64,000 nucleotides of DNA from Daphnia carinata. Taxonomy: Eukaryota. The stretch spans positions 13,206,001-13,270,000 of the forward strand of contig NC_081333.1 of assembly GCF_022539665.2 (NCBI RefSeq), read 5' to 3'. Positions 24,421 to 37,479 of this stretch are shown here, one piece after another (the stretch's first letter is position 1; every line of letters starts with the position of its first letter). The notes beneath the pieces were generated by a model. It was given only the letters and a program-made list of their open reading frames with translations, was not told where the DNA came from and searched no databases. A program made the position numbers and the translations under genes.

Positions 24421-25973
24421 TCTATGACTCTGGTTCACCATGTTAAAACGATTAGATAAATAACGGTTAGGCAACGCAGCCTCACTAGTAGTTCCCGCCA
24501 ATGTTTTCTGCTATGCCAAACTTCAGACGAAGTCCGGTAGCGAAGGTGTGCAGTCACGTATCTAAAACATCTGAAGTTCTAGAAAATGCTCTTGAGCAAT
24601 GTTGTAATCGTAACTTTTATTTCCCTTTTATTAAGTTGTTTGGCATAGTGGTATAAAAAACAATCTTTATCTTATGTTTATCTTTCAGGATTTTTGTTTT
24701 GGTTTACTGCTGTTCCTGGATGGACAATGGACGATAGAAACAACAAAATAGTAAGCTGGCAACTCATTTGGCATGATAAAATGAACAGCCTTTCAATTCC
24801 AAACAAAAACGAGTCATGGTAATTGTATGTTTTGTATACATTTCTGTATTAACTATCACTTATCTAGATTACTCTTTTGACATGACACTTTATATGGCTG
24901 GTCTCGGAGTAGATAATGCTTGTTGTATGCAGAATATCTCACTGAGAAGGGGTTCTACTATGGAAGGAGTATCGTGTTTTACTACAGGCTGACCAGAATC
25001 ACAAACACATTGATTGAAAACTATTGTGAATTTCAAGAATTGGTAAGTGAAATATTAATAGTAATAATACGAAATTGTAATAATATTCTAATGATAAGTA
25101 ATTACTTTGGATTTATTGTTGGGAAAAGGTGACAATTTTTATAATATAAATTATTATTTTGTAACAGGTTAGAAACCATTTTCTAGGCTGTTTATGGTAA
25201 AGTATTTTATATATAGCTATGAATTCATGTTATCCCAACAAATTGTAAACAATTGTACTAATTTTTATCTACCTTTGTCGAAGCTTTGTTAGCTATAGGT
25301 TCCTATAGACAAACTTACACTTCAGTTACTAGCAGATGAACAGCCTTTCAATTTCGATCAAAAGGAGTTGTGGTAATTGTTATATTATTTTTATTGTTAT
25401 ATTTCATTATTTGTTATTACATTTATAACAGGTGTGAAAAACAAATTTCTAACCTGTTTATGGTAAAGTACTTTATTTATCAATTATGAATAACGTTATC
25501 CTACTAAATTGAAAATAATTGTACTAATGTTTAGCTAAGCTTGTCGAAGCTTTGTAATCCATAGGTCTCTTACTTTGCTTGTCTTTCAGTGATCAGGACA
25601 ATGGGGCTTAGCATAACATTTAATAGTTATTCAAAGTCAGAACAGTTGAAATTTCAAGTAGATTCACATGTGCAGGGAATACTTGTAATAGTATTTTGCA
25701 GGTACAAGAATTATACATACATATTACAACTGTATTGATGAGATTTTCGATGCTTAATAATTTCTATTTCCATTCAGAAGTAGCAGGTTATTAATGTGAC
25801 TTAAAGTACATGATGAATACCAGCAGAGATGAAACCTAAGAGTAACAACGAACATATAGTATGGTACTATAAATGTTTTAAATAATCAGTGGTACTTAAC
25901 AATTTTCAGTTCCTCATTTGATGCAGTTAGAAAGGCAGCCAGATTAAAAACTTGAGCACCTACTCACACACAG

Positions 25974-26345
25974 GAGAAGGATGGTGAATTTGGGTATTTG
26001 CTGATAAGGATTGGTGTTTCAAACAATGGAAATACTTGGGAGCCCAAGAAAATTTTTATTGTAATAATTTGATTGCAGCATTCGAAAGCAAATTTCTACC
26101 GTTGAATGAGAATCCTGAAAACAAGATAAGCCAAGAGAAGAAAATTGCGAAGAAAAAAAGAACTAAAGCACAGGTTTGTTTCAAATTCCTAACTAGAAGC
26201 AATGAACATCAAGATGTGGTCAGTAAATCTATAGTTTTCTCCATGTCATTATGGATGCCCAGTCTTCCAACATGATTTGATCGAAATGTAGAGGAGGAGA
26301 CAATTTTAGGAGTGAGCAATTACTGTACTGTAAGAAACTATATAG
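25974..26345 (+). pseudogene. Decayed HP1/CBX-like fragment, copy B
   Basis: Near-identical to 6608-6975 (NTWEP, QENFYCNNLIAAFE, FDRNVEEETILG). Confidence 0.8.
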
Positions 26346-28349
26346 GTAACTGTTTTGTTTGTTTTTTATTAAAACTATCCCATATCATTTTCAAGAGATA
26401 TTTTTTTTTTGTTTTCAGATAGTTCTACGGATGTGTAAAGAAGGGTGGTTACAGGGCAGGAAGGTATAACCTTTCATTCATCTAAATCTATTGATAGGGG
26501 AGTTCTATTATGGTAGCAGTAGTATTTTAGTACAGCCCGACCAGAATGATAAACTCATTGTTGAAGCTTTGTACATTTTACTTTATTAAAAATACGTTTT
26601 TCTTTTTGATTGTTATAAATTTTGTCTTTTTAGCTATTGAATGGAACTGTATTAGGGAATACCAGAATTCTAGTGCCAGTTTTGGAAAAAGATATTTATT
26701 GTTGGGTAATTGTATATTGTTTAACATTTATCTAATCTATTGTTAGAGAAGGAGTTTTATGATAATAACATAGTTGTATTACAGACCAGATATAAAAACA
26801 GTTGGACAAATGTAAATCATAGGTTTTTCAGTGATCAGAGTATTTCAGACCCATCAGATACAGTCAGAACATGTTGAATTATTAAATAGACACACTTGTG
26901 CAGTTTTTAATAATGTTTTGCAAGTACAAAATTTACATATATACTTTCCAACCGTATTGATAAGATTGTCGATATCTAATAATTTCTATTTCCATCCAGG
27001 AATAGCTGGTCAGTAATGTAAAATCTCGTTCATGATTTCGGGATAACTACCAGCATTAATGAAATTTAGCAAACACAGTAAACATATAGTATGGTATTAT
27101 GTTTTAAATAATTAGTGGTACTTAATAATTTTCAATTCCTCATTTGATACAGTTTTACAGTCGGCCAGAATAAGTACTTCAGCACCCACTCACACACAGA
27201 CTGGAAAATGGTCATTCCTTAAAGAAATGGAATACTATTGGTAACAGTTTGATTTAATTAAGAATTAGTTTACTAACATAGATTTAGAGCTCATATATTA
27301 CGAAACTGATATCCTCTTAGTTTATACATTTAAAGAAGACAATGAAGCTAGTTAGCACAAATCCAACTTACCTGACAGGCGAATCGGTTGACGACGGTGT
27401 TGATAGTTGTGGTACATTTGTAGAGGCAAGACTCTGGACGAACTACAGCTACTAGCGTCTAGACGACGCCTTAAATACTCACAGACACGTGTCACATTAC
27501 TGCTTTCCCGGAAGTAGAGTGTAGGGTAGAGGGACCTAATTCTAAAGGTCGATAGGTTGAAGGGCAAATTTTTATTTCCAGGTGAGCCCAAGGTTATAGC
27601 CATTCCTTATCAATAGACCCTGCGTTACTTTGATTTTTTTTTGTTTCCAAGTGCCAAAAACAGATGAAGAACCTCGGGCATTCACAAAAAAGGAGGGGGG
27701 AGAGGAAGAAAAAAAGAATCTAGCAGCTCAGTAGCTCTTTCACCTGCACGCGGTGCACTAGTGTAGATTTGTTGCTTACATCCACGTCTAATTACTCTTA
27801 GAGCTTTCGCACGTGTTCTCAGCTTTCACAAATTGTAGATTCATCAATTACGCACTAATAACGCACTGCTTCAGCACCTTGTTTAGCCTTTGCACTGGTT
27901 TTGTTTAGTTGGAGTACGATAAGTCTAGATTAAAATAGGTAAATCTAAAGTTAAGTTTAAGGATAAGTAAATCTAAAGTTAAAATTAAGGCTAGTTTAAG
28001 TAAGGCGTAGTCCACCTCTCTTCGTTATTTATGCGCAGCACTATCTCAGCCATTTTCTTCCACTGTTTTATGTAATTATTTACCGTAGTCGTTCGCAAAT
28101 CCTTCTACTAACATTTGTACGTTTTGAATTCGCACAGTTTACACATGAACAAGCCAAACCCAAGCCAAACCCAATCCAAACAACCTCCTGACCCTTTATC
28201 TATTAATAAACAATTTCTTTTTTCAGGAACTTTTTATCCAATGTAACTGTAATTTGTGTACTTGATGCCTGTTAGAATTAAGATGAAACATGGTGCTGTT
28301 CAAATATTCAAAAATTTTTTTTTTTTTTTTTTCACTCCTCCTTACATAC

Positions 28350-29960
28350 AGGAGTGCAATCTCTGGGGCCGAAGAGGACATTGGGCAACGAGGATAGCCC
28401 TGCAGCCACTGGAATATCGCCCAGGATTTCAAGGTATAGAATAAAAATTTTAGTATCTAACTATGTATTTGTTTTAAATCTTATATATCTAGGAGGGCCA
28501 CATCACCACCGAAGGGGGACCGTTGGGCAACGAAGGTCACCGCCAGAATCCTAGCCCAAAATTGCAAGGTATTTAACAGTTCTAAGTGTTTTATCATGTT
28601 CTATGTATTTATCTGTGTCTAGGAGGGCTGGTAACACTACCGAGGAGGATTACTGGACGTCGGGAATCGCCGCCGAAGTCGCCAAGGGTTACCAGGTATT
28701 GCTTTAACAATTTTAAATGTCTAATCGTTTTTTTAAAAATGTATTTAGGGTGGTCCACATCACCGGAGAAGGCCACCGGACAACGAGGTACGCCGTCGGA
28801 CCCACCTTGATCGTCGCCCAAAATTGTCAAGTATTTCATTAAAAGTTTTAAGTTTTGAACTATGGTTTTATTTTGCTGTTATGAATTTAGGAGGGCCACA
28901 TAACCATCGAAGAGGATGCGTGACATCCAGGATCACCGCTGGAGCAACGAGAGTGTCGGCACGGGTATTGAAGTATTTTTTAAAAAACGTTTAAGTGCTT
29001 AATTATGTTTCTTTTTTTTATGTATGTAAGAGGGCCTCACCACCGCCGAAGAGGATGCTGGACGCCGAAGAGGATGCTGGAGCACCGACATCGTCTTCAT
29101 AGATGTTACAGGTATATGTGTTACACGTTTAATTGACTAACCATGTTTTTTTTTTGTATTTTAGAGGGTTGCATCATCGCTAAGGAGGACCACTGGACAA
29201 CGAGGTTTGTCGTCGGAGGCATCATAATTGTCGCCCAAAATTATCAAGTATTTAACTGAAAGTTTTAAGTTTTGAACTATGATTTTATTTTGTTTTTATG
29301 TTTTTAGAAGGGCCCCGCCACCATTGAAAAGGATGTAGGATGCCGTCGGAGTCACCATGATCGGCGCCCAAAATTGTCATGTATTTATTTGTAAATTTTT
29401 AGTGTTACACAATGATCTAATTTTGTTTTTATTAATTTAGGAGGGCCCTACCACCATCGAAGAGGATGCTGGGCATCGAGGATCGCCGCTGGAGCAACGA
29501 AATCGTTGCCATGGATATAGCAGGTATATGTTTACACGTTAAATTGTCTAATCATTTTTTTAATGTATTTAGAATGGCCTACATCACCACTGAAGAGGGC
29601 CACAGGGCAATGAGGTTCGCCGTCGGAGCTACAGTAATTGTTGCTCAAATTTGTCAAGTATTGAATTGAAAGTTTAAAATTTTACGCTGTTTTTATGTAT
29701 TTAGGAGGGTCCCACCACCGCCGAAGAACACGCTGGAGGTCGAAGAGAACCGAGATCGTCGCCACGGATATTCAGGTATATATTTTTTTTAATTTAGTGT
29801 CTAACCATAGTTTTTTTTTTTACGTACCTAGGAGGGCGTCGCCAGAGGGGTACGTACCTAAGAGGACCACTGGACGCTGTGGATCGTCGTTGGAGGAATG
29901 AGGGTCGTCGCCCAGCCCCGAGATTCACGCCCATTAGGAAGATTGAAATGAAGATGGTAC
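28350..29960 (+). repeat. Tandem exon+intron-like array, copy B (~12 units)
   Basis: Same unit as 8895-10370, with an additional unit around 29480-29625. Confidence 0.85.
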
Positions 29961-30804
29961 GGTTGAGTATTGCCAAATTGGCTTTCACTTACTTTATTTC
30001 GTATTGTGATTTGTGTGATAAACAGATGTGTTTCCTACGTTCCTTTTTGAATCCCATTCTGTTCCTTCAAGCATTATTGCTTATGGTTTCACCGTTCACC
30101 GAGCATGCAAATTCACTACACCTGCACCCCACAGTTCATTCAGGGTTTGTTTGCTATTTTGCACCTTGTCGGGATTAGTGTTTTAGGTAATGTAGCCTAG
30201 CTTACATAGGTTTCACGCTAAGTATTTTTTTGGTGCAAGTTTACGAACACTAACTGCTTTAGTAAAAAAAGGAAAACAAAATGAATTAATGGGCAACTTA
30301 TTGTTGTCTTTTTAACATGGACTAGTGGATTGAAAAATAAGAATACGAAAACAATTAATCGCTTGTGATCGGGTTGCATACATCGATTGTCAACCCGATA
30401 AAAACAGGATGGGGAAATAACCCGTTTAACCTGCCCCATAAACAGAAATGAACAACCTGCTCAGCAAAACCCGACCCGATCGACGCGGGGCTGTGAATCT
30501 GACCCTAGTCTTTCCTCCTTAACCTCCCCCTTCCTTTTACCAATTCGATGGTTGGCAACGCTGTTTCACATTGCTGCACAAGCGCAAATGAAGCTCAGCC
30601 TTGTAAGTGCAGAAAGCTTTTAAGTAAACCAAAAATACCGGTATACATCTAAGAATTTCATGTTGACCAAGTTTTATTTGACATTAAATCCAGCTTTGAA
30701 AATGCTAGAATCTTGAAGACTTGCAATGAAGGCTAAGATATGGCAAAATCAAACACAACGCACGAATGTCGCATCGTTAAAGTCGAAGAGGATTAGAGTT
30801 CAAC

Positions 30805-32220
30805 ATGGCGACGAGAACACACCAACTTGTAAAGCCAAGACCAGAAGGGAATTTCAACAAAATCCTAGAAATTTCCCTCTTGTTCGAAAAATAGACTAGC
30901 CCTGTGAGTTGAATTACTGTATCTCTTTGTATCTTACATGATCGTCTGCTTTGCTTACAGGAATCTGCCACCATTTGAAGAAGGTGTGTCTTGGAAGCAA
31001 CTGTGTATATTTTATGCTTTATGTATGCTGAGGAGGCACCTGCCAAGGAAATAAAGAATAAAGTGATTAACACGTTCAGTATTGTAACTTCACACAAGGT
31101 GTACATGTTTTTCGGCTTTGGTTGCCGTTAATCTTTTTAACATTAAACATTTAATTTTAGGTGTCAAAGTCCGATGTGCTGAATATGCTCATATTTTTGC
31201 ACAAATGAAAGAGAAAAGGTGAAGTCCTGCAGCTCTGTGCTAAGAACTTCGGGTCCATGGAAAAGCTGAAAAATGTAAGAATAATTTTGGTAGATTTTCA
31301 CTTTAAGTAACTGTCATTCTATCCTTGTTGTCCCATATTGGTAAACAGGTTGAGCTCATCTTGGAACAAGGACAGTAAACAAGGACTTCTATTTAGGATA
31401 TTCAAAGAAGATAATGGCCAATTCTTTTGGAAAGGATATGCCAGAATCTTAAATAGAAATTTTACAAGTAAAATTTCCATTGTTCCATGTCACCTATTTG
31501 GGGGGAGGAGATGTTAGTTAATCATATCTCAATTTACAGGTAAAAATTTATGTTGATTAACAAGTTATCACATCTTCACATTTACTAACATAATCTAGTA
31601 TCTGATGGGTTAAAGAGAATGGATCTGACAGTTAGCATGATGATGCAACCTACCAACCTTTACCTTTTGCTGAGTTCTTTTGATAGCAAACAATTCAATC
31701 TCACTTATCGGCTTTCTGAAGGCAAAAGTTGTCGACGATATTCCGAAATGCAAGTCTAAACGGGGAAGTCTTTACTTAATATATCTATTTTTTTTTTATC
31801 TAATCAGTTTCTTTTTCTTTTGGTCTGTCATTGGATTTTTGCAATTGCTCGTCGTTGCCGAGATAATCAACTGGGGTAAGCTATGCCTATAGTATCAACT
31901 AGCACTTCGCAGGGGACAAGACTCCACTCAGCAACAGACGTCTTTTCCATACGTTAGTTCAGTAAGACACATATGTAGTAAGGAGAAACGGATAATTAAC
32001 TTTTTTGTACAGGTACTGAAGAAGGTGAATAACATTGGAAAGCTTTCGAAACACGTGTTATTGAGCATAATGTCCTCATCGTGGCCAAACACCTTGTGAT
32101 GATTAATGGATGGCCGCCCACTTTGACTACTTTGTCAACGAAACAGAAGAATTTCAATCCAATTTAATGTGCTGAAGGACTGACCTACCCTGTAAATTTC
32201 ACGGATGAACACTTGGTAAA
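30805..32220 (+). pseudogene. PSMD12: Intron-retaining PSMD12/Rpn5 pseudogene
   Basis: Ordered fragments [89 protein letters not shown]. These match PSMD12 ([82 protein letters not shown]). Many stops and frameshifts. Confidence 0.88.
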
Positions 32221-33210
32221 TCTGGCTTAACAGTTCGAATAAGATTGTATCACATCTGGAATTTAGCTTTCTGTAATAGGTTGAACATATCAGCAGCCGT
32301 ACATTTATTGCCAAAATATTGTTGGAAATGTTATGTATAAATGTGATTAATGTTTTTTACAGATAGACCAGAATAACAGTCATTGAATGAAATGGGCATT
32401 GGAATGTGGGAGAATGAGATATATTGCCATGAATTTGAAGAAATGGTTAGTGAAGGAGATATGAGCTAACACCAATAGTCTATATGATTGAGCGTTGGGA
32501 AAAGTTAAAGGCTAGGCAATGAAGTATGTTTCAAAAAGATTGGCTTGATGATTCAATAAGGAATTATAATGTTGTTGGTCTGGGGAAAAGTATACTGATT
32601 TAGTTTTCTTATTTAGATTTACGTGATAGGTTGTATTCATATTCCTTTCCGATTGGGTTTACTTAATACACCAGCCCACGGAAAAGATGTGATAACCCGC
32701 GGAATGAAAATAATATGTAAAAAAACAAAGCAATAATAAGCTTTTCCTAATAAGTCGCAATTTAGAAAGAGGAGATTTGATTTTTGGTTATTAAAAATGG
32801 GTTATTTTAACCATAAAATTCGTCAAAAAGATATATTGTAAGAAGTCTAGTAATTTATACATAATATTTAACTCAAATGATGTAACGTGGTTATTTTAAC
32901 AAATGTTTGTGATTAGTTTATCTGGTAATTGCAAATAAATGACTAATTACAACATTATTATTAAGTCAAAAAATATTATTGCACTAATCAATATTTACAT
33001 TAACAATGCTATTACGTTTACATCATGTATTACATGACGTCAAATTTTTGGTTTTTGGACTCGATCCTACGATCTGTAGCGTCCCATGCCGATACTCTAC
33101 GTATGGGCCACCATCGACATTAACAATTTGGACGGATCGATTAGCATACAGTGTTAACAAGTGAAATACGAACACACAAATGGACCTGCACGAATGTTTT
33201 ACAATGATAA

Positions 33211-33283
33211 CCATCAATGGCTCAGTGGTAGAGTACTGACTTGGTATTTCATAGGTCCTTGGTTCGAATCCAAGGTAGGTATG
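33211..33283 (+). pseudogene. tRNA-like sequence (A box TGGCTCAGTGG, B box GGTTCGAATCC)
   Basis: Strong Pol III boxes and T-arm; acceptor and anticodon stems imperfect; mirror copy at 34868-34943. Confidence 0.7.
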
Positions 33284-33357
33284 GTTCTAATAATTCGTAA
33301 TTCGTACCATGTGAAACTGTTGAATTCCACTGTATAGAAAATTATTAAAAATCAACT

Positions 33358-33430
33358 TATCCTACTGGGAGTTGAACTCTCAACCCTTCAGTTACAAAGC
33401 TGCTCCTCTACCATTGAGCTACCATTTACA
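33358..33430 (-). pseudogene. tRNA-like sequence resembling Thr(TGT)
   Basis: Reverse strand reads tggtagctcaatggtagaggagcagctttgtaactgaagggttgagagttcaactccc; mirror at 34697-34765. Confidence 0.6.
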
Positions 33431-33525
33431 CATTCAAATATTATAACTCCGCCAATACCCTAAATTAACTATCGCCAAGGTAGCATATGTAAAATGGCAC
33501 TAAAAATCGAAATGTTGTTTACAAG

Positions 33526-33597
33526 CAAGTCATGGCACAACGGTTAAGTGCTTGCGTCTGAATACATAGTACTGTGGTTCAAATCCCAGACCAACCA
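33526..33597 (+). pseudogene. tRNA-like sequence (tggcacaacgg ... ggttcaaatcc)
   Basis: A/B boxes at tRNA-like spacing; mirror at 34528-34600. Confidence 0.55.
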
Positions 33598-33850
33598 ATG
33601 ATAATAATTGAAATTCGAATTAAATAATACCATTAAATGGCAGCTGCTGCCCTATACAAAGTGAGTTACACGACGGATGTGGTTCAAGTCCCACAGTAAA
33701 TAAGCGTACCATACCGGCAAATAACCTTCGGCGAAGGAAAAGCCATGATGAAGCCAATGGTAATGTGACGAAGGCCAAGTCCAGTTGTTTACCAACGAAA
33801 TGATAACTTTAATAGATGACCACCAACGTGTGACTTGAACTTGAATTTTT

Positions 33851-34198
33851 TTGAGATATGGGATCCTAAATCCCGAATTCCATATCCCATATCCCATATC
33901 CCATATCCCATATCCCATATCCCATATCCCATATCCCATATCCCATATCCCATATCCCATATCCCATATCCCATATCCCATATCCCATATCCCATATCCC
34001 ATATCCCATATCCCATATCCCATATCCCATATCCCGGATCCCATATCCCATATCCCATATCCCATATCCCGGATCCCATATCCCATATCCCGGATCCCAT
34101 ATCCCATATCCCATATCCCGGATCCCGGATCCCGGATCCCATATCCCGGATCCCATATCCCATATCCCATATCCCATATCCCGGATTCCATATCTCAA
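33851..34198. repeat. 7-bp minisatellite (ATCCCAT)n with ATCCCGG variants, bracketed by 16-bp inverted repeats
   Basis: Visible array ~33880-34190; ttgagatatgggatcc (33851-33866) versus ggattccatatctcaa (34183-34198). Confidence 0.95.
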
Positions 34199-34527
34199 GG
34201 TCGAATATTCGACCTTCAAAATTTTCAAAGTCAAATATTCGACCTTCAAAAATTTCAAGGTCAAACACTTGCACTTCAGGCTCTGCGATTGTCCTTGACA
34301 TTTCCTTTGAAGGTTATCAGTTTAGACTTTCTCAGATCTCGAATGTCATTTACCATCAAGGTTATCGTACCTTTAAGTTATTCTCCACCTTGATCTTCCT
34401 CTAAATTTCAATTACCGTTCAGGTTGTTGCTGTGGGCGTTGAACCAAATATGTCATATTACTCACGCTAGAGTAAGGGCAACTGCTACTATTGAATCAAC
34501 CATTAATTCAGATTTGCATTATTTTTT

Positions 34528-34600
34528 TGGTTAGTCTGGGATTTGAACCACAGCACTAAGAATTCTGACGCAAGTACTTTACCGTTGTGCCATGACTTGC
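34528..34600 (-). pseudogene. tRNA-like sequence, mirror of 33526-33597
   Basis: Reverse strand reads tggcacaacggtaaagtacttgcgtcagaa...ggttcaaatcccagac. Confidence 0.55.
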
Positions 34601-34696
34601 TTATAAACATCATTTCGATTTTTAGAGCATTTTTACGTATGCTAGCTTGGAGGTAGTTAATTTAGTGTCTTGGAATAGTCATTGATATGTAATGTG

Positions 34697-34765
34697 TCAA
34701 TGGTAGCTCTGTGGTAGAGGAGCAGTGTTGTAACTGAAGGGTTGAGTGTTCAACTCCAAGTTGGT
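34697..34765 (+). pseudogene. tRNA-like sequence, mirror of 33358-33430
   Basis: tggtagctctgtggtagaggagcagtgttgtaactgaagggttgagtgttcaactcc. Confidence 0.55.
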
Positions 34766-34867
34766 GGAGATTGTAGTAATAGTTATATGGATATTGTATT
34801 TGATATAATATTTTTCTAGGCAAATCGAATACAACAGTTGCATTGGTATCAATGCACATTTATTTAC

Positions 34868-34943
34868 ACCATGCTTACCCTCGGAATCGAACCAAGGACC
34901 TTTGACACACGAGGTCAGTACTCTACCACTGAGCCATTGATGG
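34868..34943 (-). pseudogene. tRNA-like sequence, possible Thr(CGT) anticodon loop; mirror of 33211-33283
   Basis: Reverse strand reads tggctcagtggtagagtactgacctcgtgtgtcaaaggtccttggttcgattccgagg; a tgac/gtca stem closes the loop ctCGTgt; acceptor stem poor. Confidence 0.65.
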
Positions 34944-35954
34944 TTATCAAAAACATTTGAGCAGCTCTATTTCTGTGATCGTATTTCACTTAGGTTAACA
35001 CTGTATGCTAATCGATCCGTCCAATTTGTAAATGTCGTTGGTGGCCCATATGTAGAGTATCGGCATGGGACGCTATAGGTCGTAGGATCGAGTCCAAAAA
35101 CCAAACATTTGACGTCATGTAGGACATGTTGTAAATGTAAATAACGTAATAGCATTGTTAATGTAACTACTGATAAGTGCAATATTTTTTTACATAATAA
35201 TAATGTAGTAATTAGTCATTTATTGCAATTTGCAGATAAATTTATCACATATATTTTTATAATAACCACGTTACATCATTTCAGTTTAACATTATGTATA
35301 AATTACTGTACTTCTTACAATATATCTTTCTCACGAATTTTAAGGTTAAAATAATAACCTATCTCCTCTTTCTGAATAGCGGCTTATCCGAAATAGTTTA
35401 TTATTCCTTTGTTTCTTTACGTATTATTTTTATTCCGCGGGGTATCATATCTTTTCCGTGGGCTAGTATATTAAGTAAACCCAATCGGAAAGGAATATGG
35501 AAGAAATATATAAAGGAATATGAATACAACCTATCACGTAAATCTAAATAAGAAAACTAAATCAGTTTACTTTTCCCCAGACCTACAACATTATAATTCC
35601 TTATTGAATTATCAATGAGCACATTTTGAAACATACTTCATTGCCTAGCCTTTAACTACGCACTTGTAATGTTTTCACAACGCTCAATCTTATAGGCTAT
35701 TGGTGTTAGATCATCTCTCCTTCACTTACCATTTCTTCAAATTCATGGCAATATATCTCATTCTCCCACATTCCAATGCCCATTTCATTCAATGACTGTT
35801 ATTCGGGTCTATCTGTAAAAAAGCATTAATCACATTTATACATAACATTTCCCACAATATTTTGGCAATAATTGTACGTCTACTGATATGTTAAACCTAT
35901 TACACAAAGCTAAATTCCAGATGTGATGCAATCTTATTTGCATAGTTAAGGCAG

Positions 35955-37183
35955 ATTTACCAAGTGTTCATCCGCCTCATTCGTGTTATCGAATAACATC
36001 GCGATTCTTTAACATGCAAAAAGAAGTTACTTGTACGTTTTGCTCTATTATACATGTGATTTACTGCACTGACCTCTATTAATGATATCTTTGTCGGGAG
36101 GAATGTCTATGCCTTCGCCATACTAGTTGGTACTATTGACAGCGTGTCAACGAAACATCAGCTCGACAACCACCAACAATTGCAGAGGCTCTTTCTCTTA
36201 GATCACTGTTGTGTTGTACATGGCTTGATTATGTTAACAAATGTAGAGATATAATACCTGTTCTTGTCAACATCAGGAATCTACACAACGATGAATAATT
36301 CACCAACATTTCCTCTCCACCTTCCCACGCTTAATAAGACAGATGGAACAATTTTAAAGTATTCCTACATGAAAATATTTCAATTTAAAACTGAGCACAT
36401 CTTTCTCTAAAAACAAATCTGACACTTATCTTTTTCAAACTGAACTGAGTGCAGATGCAGAAGAAACAATCTCATTCGTTTCAAGATAAGTTCCTTCTGT
36501 TCACTGGTATTAGAACATGAGATTGCATGACAGAATTATTTGACCTTAAAACCAAAATTAATATGTCTTACATTTTCTAGCTTTTCCATAGAATCACTGG
36601 TCTTGAACAGAAGTCCTTGGAGCATGTCTGCAGCTTCAGCAACTTTACCCTACTTCTCTTGCATTATGACAAGAAAGTTTGTATCAGCTTCGATTCACTC
36701 CAATATAGATCAAAAATAAAATATTTTTTTTTTAAAAAGAATAAGAGAAACTAAAGACCAAATTCGTGTGCACCTTTCTAACGGGAACAGTTCTGAGTGT
36801 CAAATCCAGTAATCATAGATTTGTACATTCATATCCACAACTCGTGACAGAGTGGAGGTCTCTCCCATTCGCCATACCAGTTGGTACTATTAGACCCGAA
36901 GATTTTAGCTTGCTCCATCGTTAGTTCTAGCTTAGGATATTTTCATTGCTAAGGTGCCACTGCTTAATTCCGAAACTGATCTGGACAATCGGTTCCAAGA
37001 TGCACCTTGCTGAAATGGTAGCTACCTGTGAGCAAAGCATAGGATCAAGTAAGATACAAAACAATACAGAAATTCAACTCACAGGTCTTGTATGTTTTTC
37101 AAAATCAAAGAGAATTTCTACGATTTCGTTTAAATTCTCTTCTGTGGTCAAGGCTTTACAGGTTGGTGTCCTATCGTCGCCAT
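35955..37183 (-). pseudogene. PSMD12: Intron-retaining PSMD12/Rpn5 pseudogene, inverted copy
   Basis: Reverse strand IYIGVNR..GKVAEAADMLQGLLFKTSDSMEKLEN..ELILKRMRL..KKISVRF..KLKYF matches [50 protein letters not shown]..KLKYY. Confidence 0.85.
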
Positions 37184-37479
37184 GTTGAACTATAATCCCC
37201 TTTAATTTTAACGATGCGACGCTCGTCAGTTGTCTTTGATGCTGCCATATCTTTCCGTTCGCTACACGTCTTTAAGATTTTAAAATTACCAAAACTGGAT
37301 TAAATGCCAAATAGAACTTCGCCAATATGAAATTATCAAATATATATACCGGTATTTCTTGTTTGCTTACAAACTTTCCGCGCATACAACACTGAGCTTC
37401 ATGTGCACTTGTGCAGACATGTAAGACAGCGTTGCGAAGTATCGAATTGGTAAAAGGAAAGGGGAAGGTTAAGAAAGAA

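Larger units (their letters stand above)
24433..30510 (+). repeat. Composite module, copy B
   Basis: Colinear direct repeat of 5067-10900. Confidence 0.93.

Noticed and set aside
30470..30510. Helitron 3' end (short hairpin then CTAG-T)
   Set aside because: Stem is only ~4 bp, CTAG is not conserved in copies A or C (CAAG), and B/C homology continues past it.
33880..34190. Telomeric repeat
   Set aside because: GGGATAT is not the arthropod TTAGG repeat and the array is internal.
33652..34404. Five ORFs of 132-189 aa (GYGIWDM / PYPISHI repeats)
   Set aside because: Artefacts of the stop-free 7-bp minisatellite.
33211..34943. Functional tRNA genes
   Set aside because: Acceptor and anticodon stems are imperfect and anticodon loops differ between mirror copies; reported as tRNA-like only.
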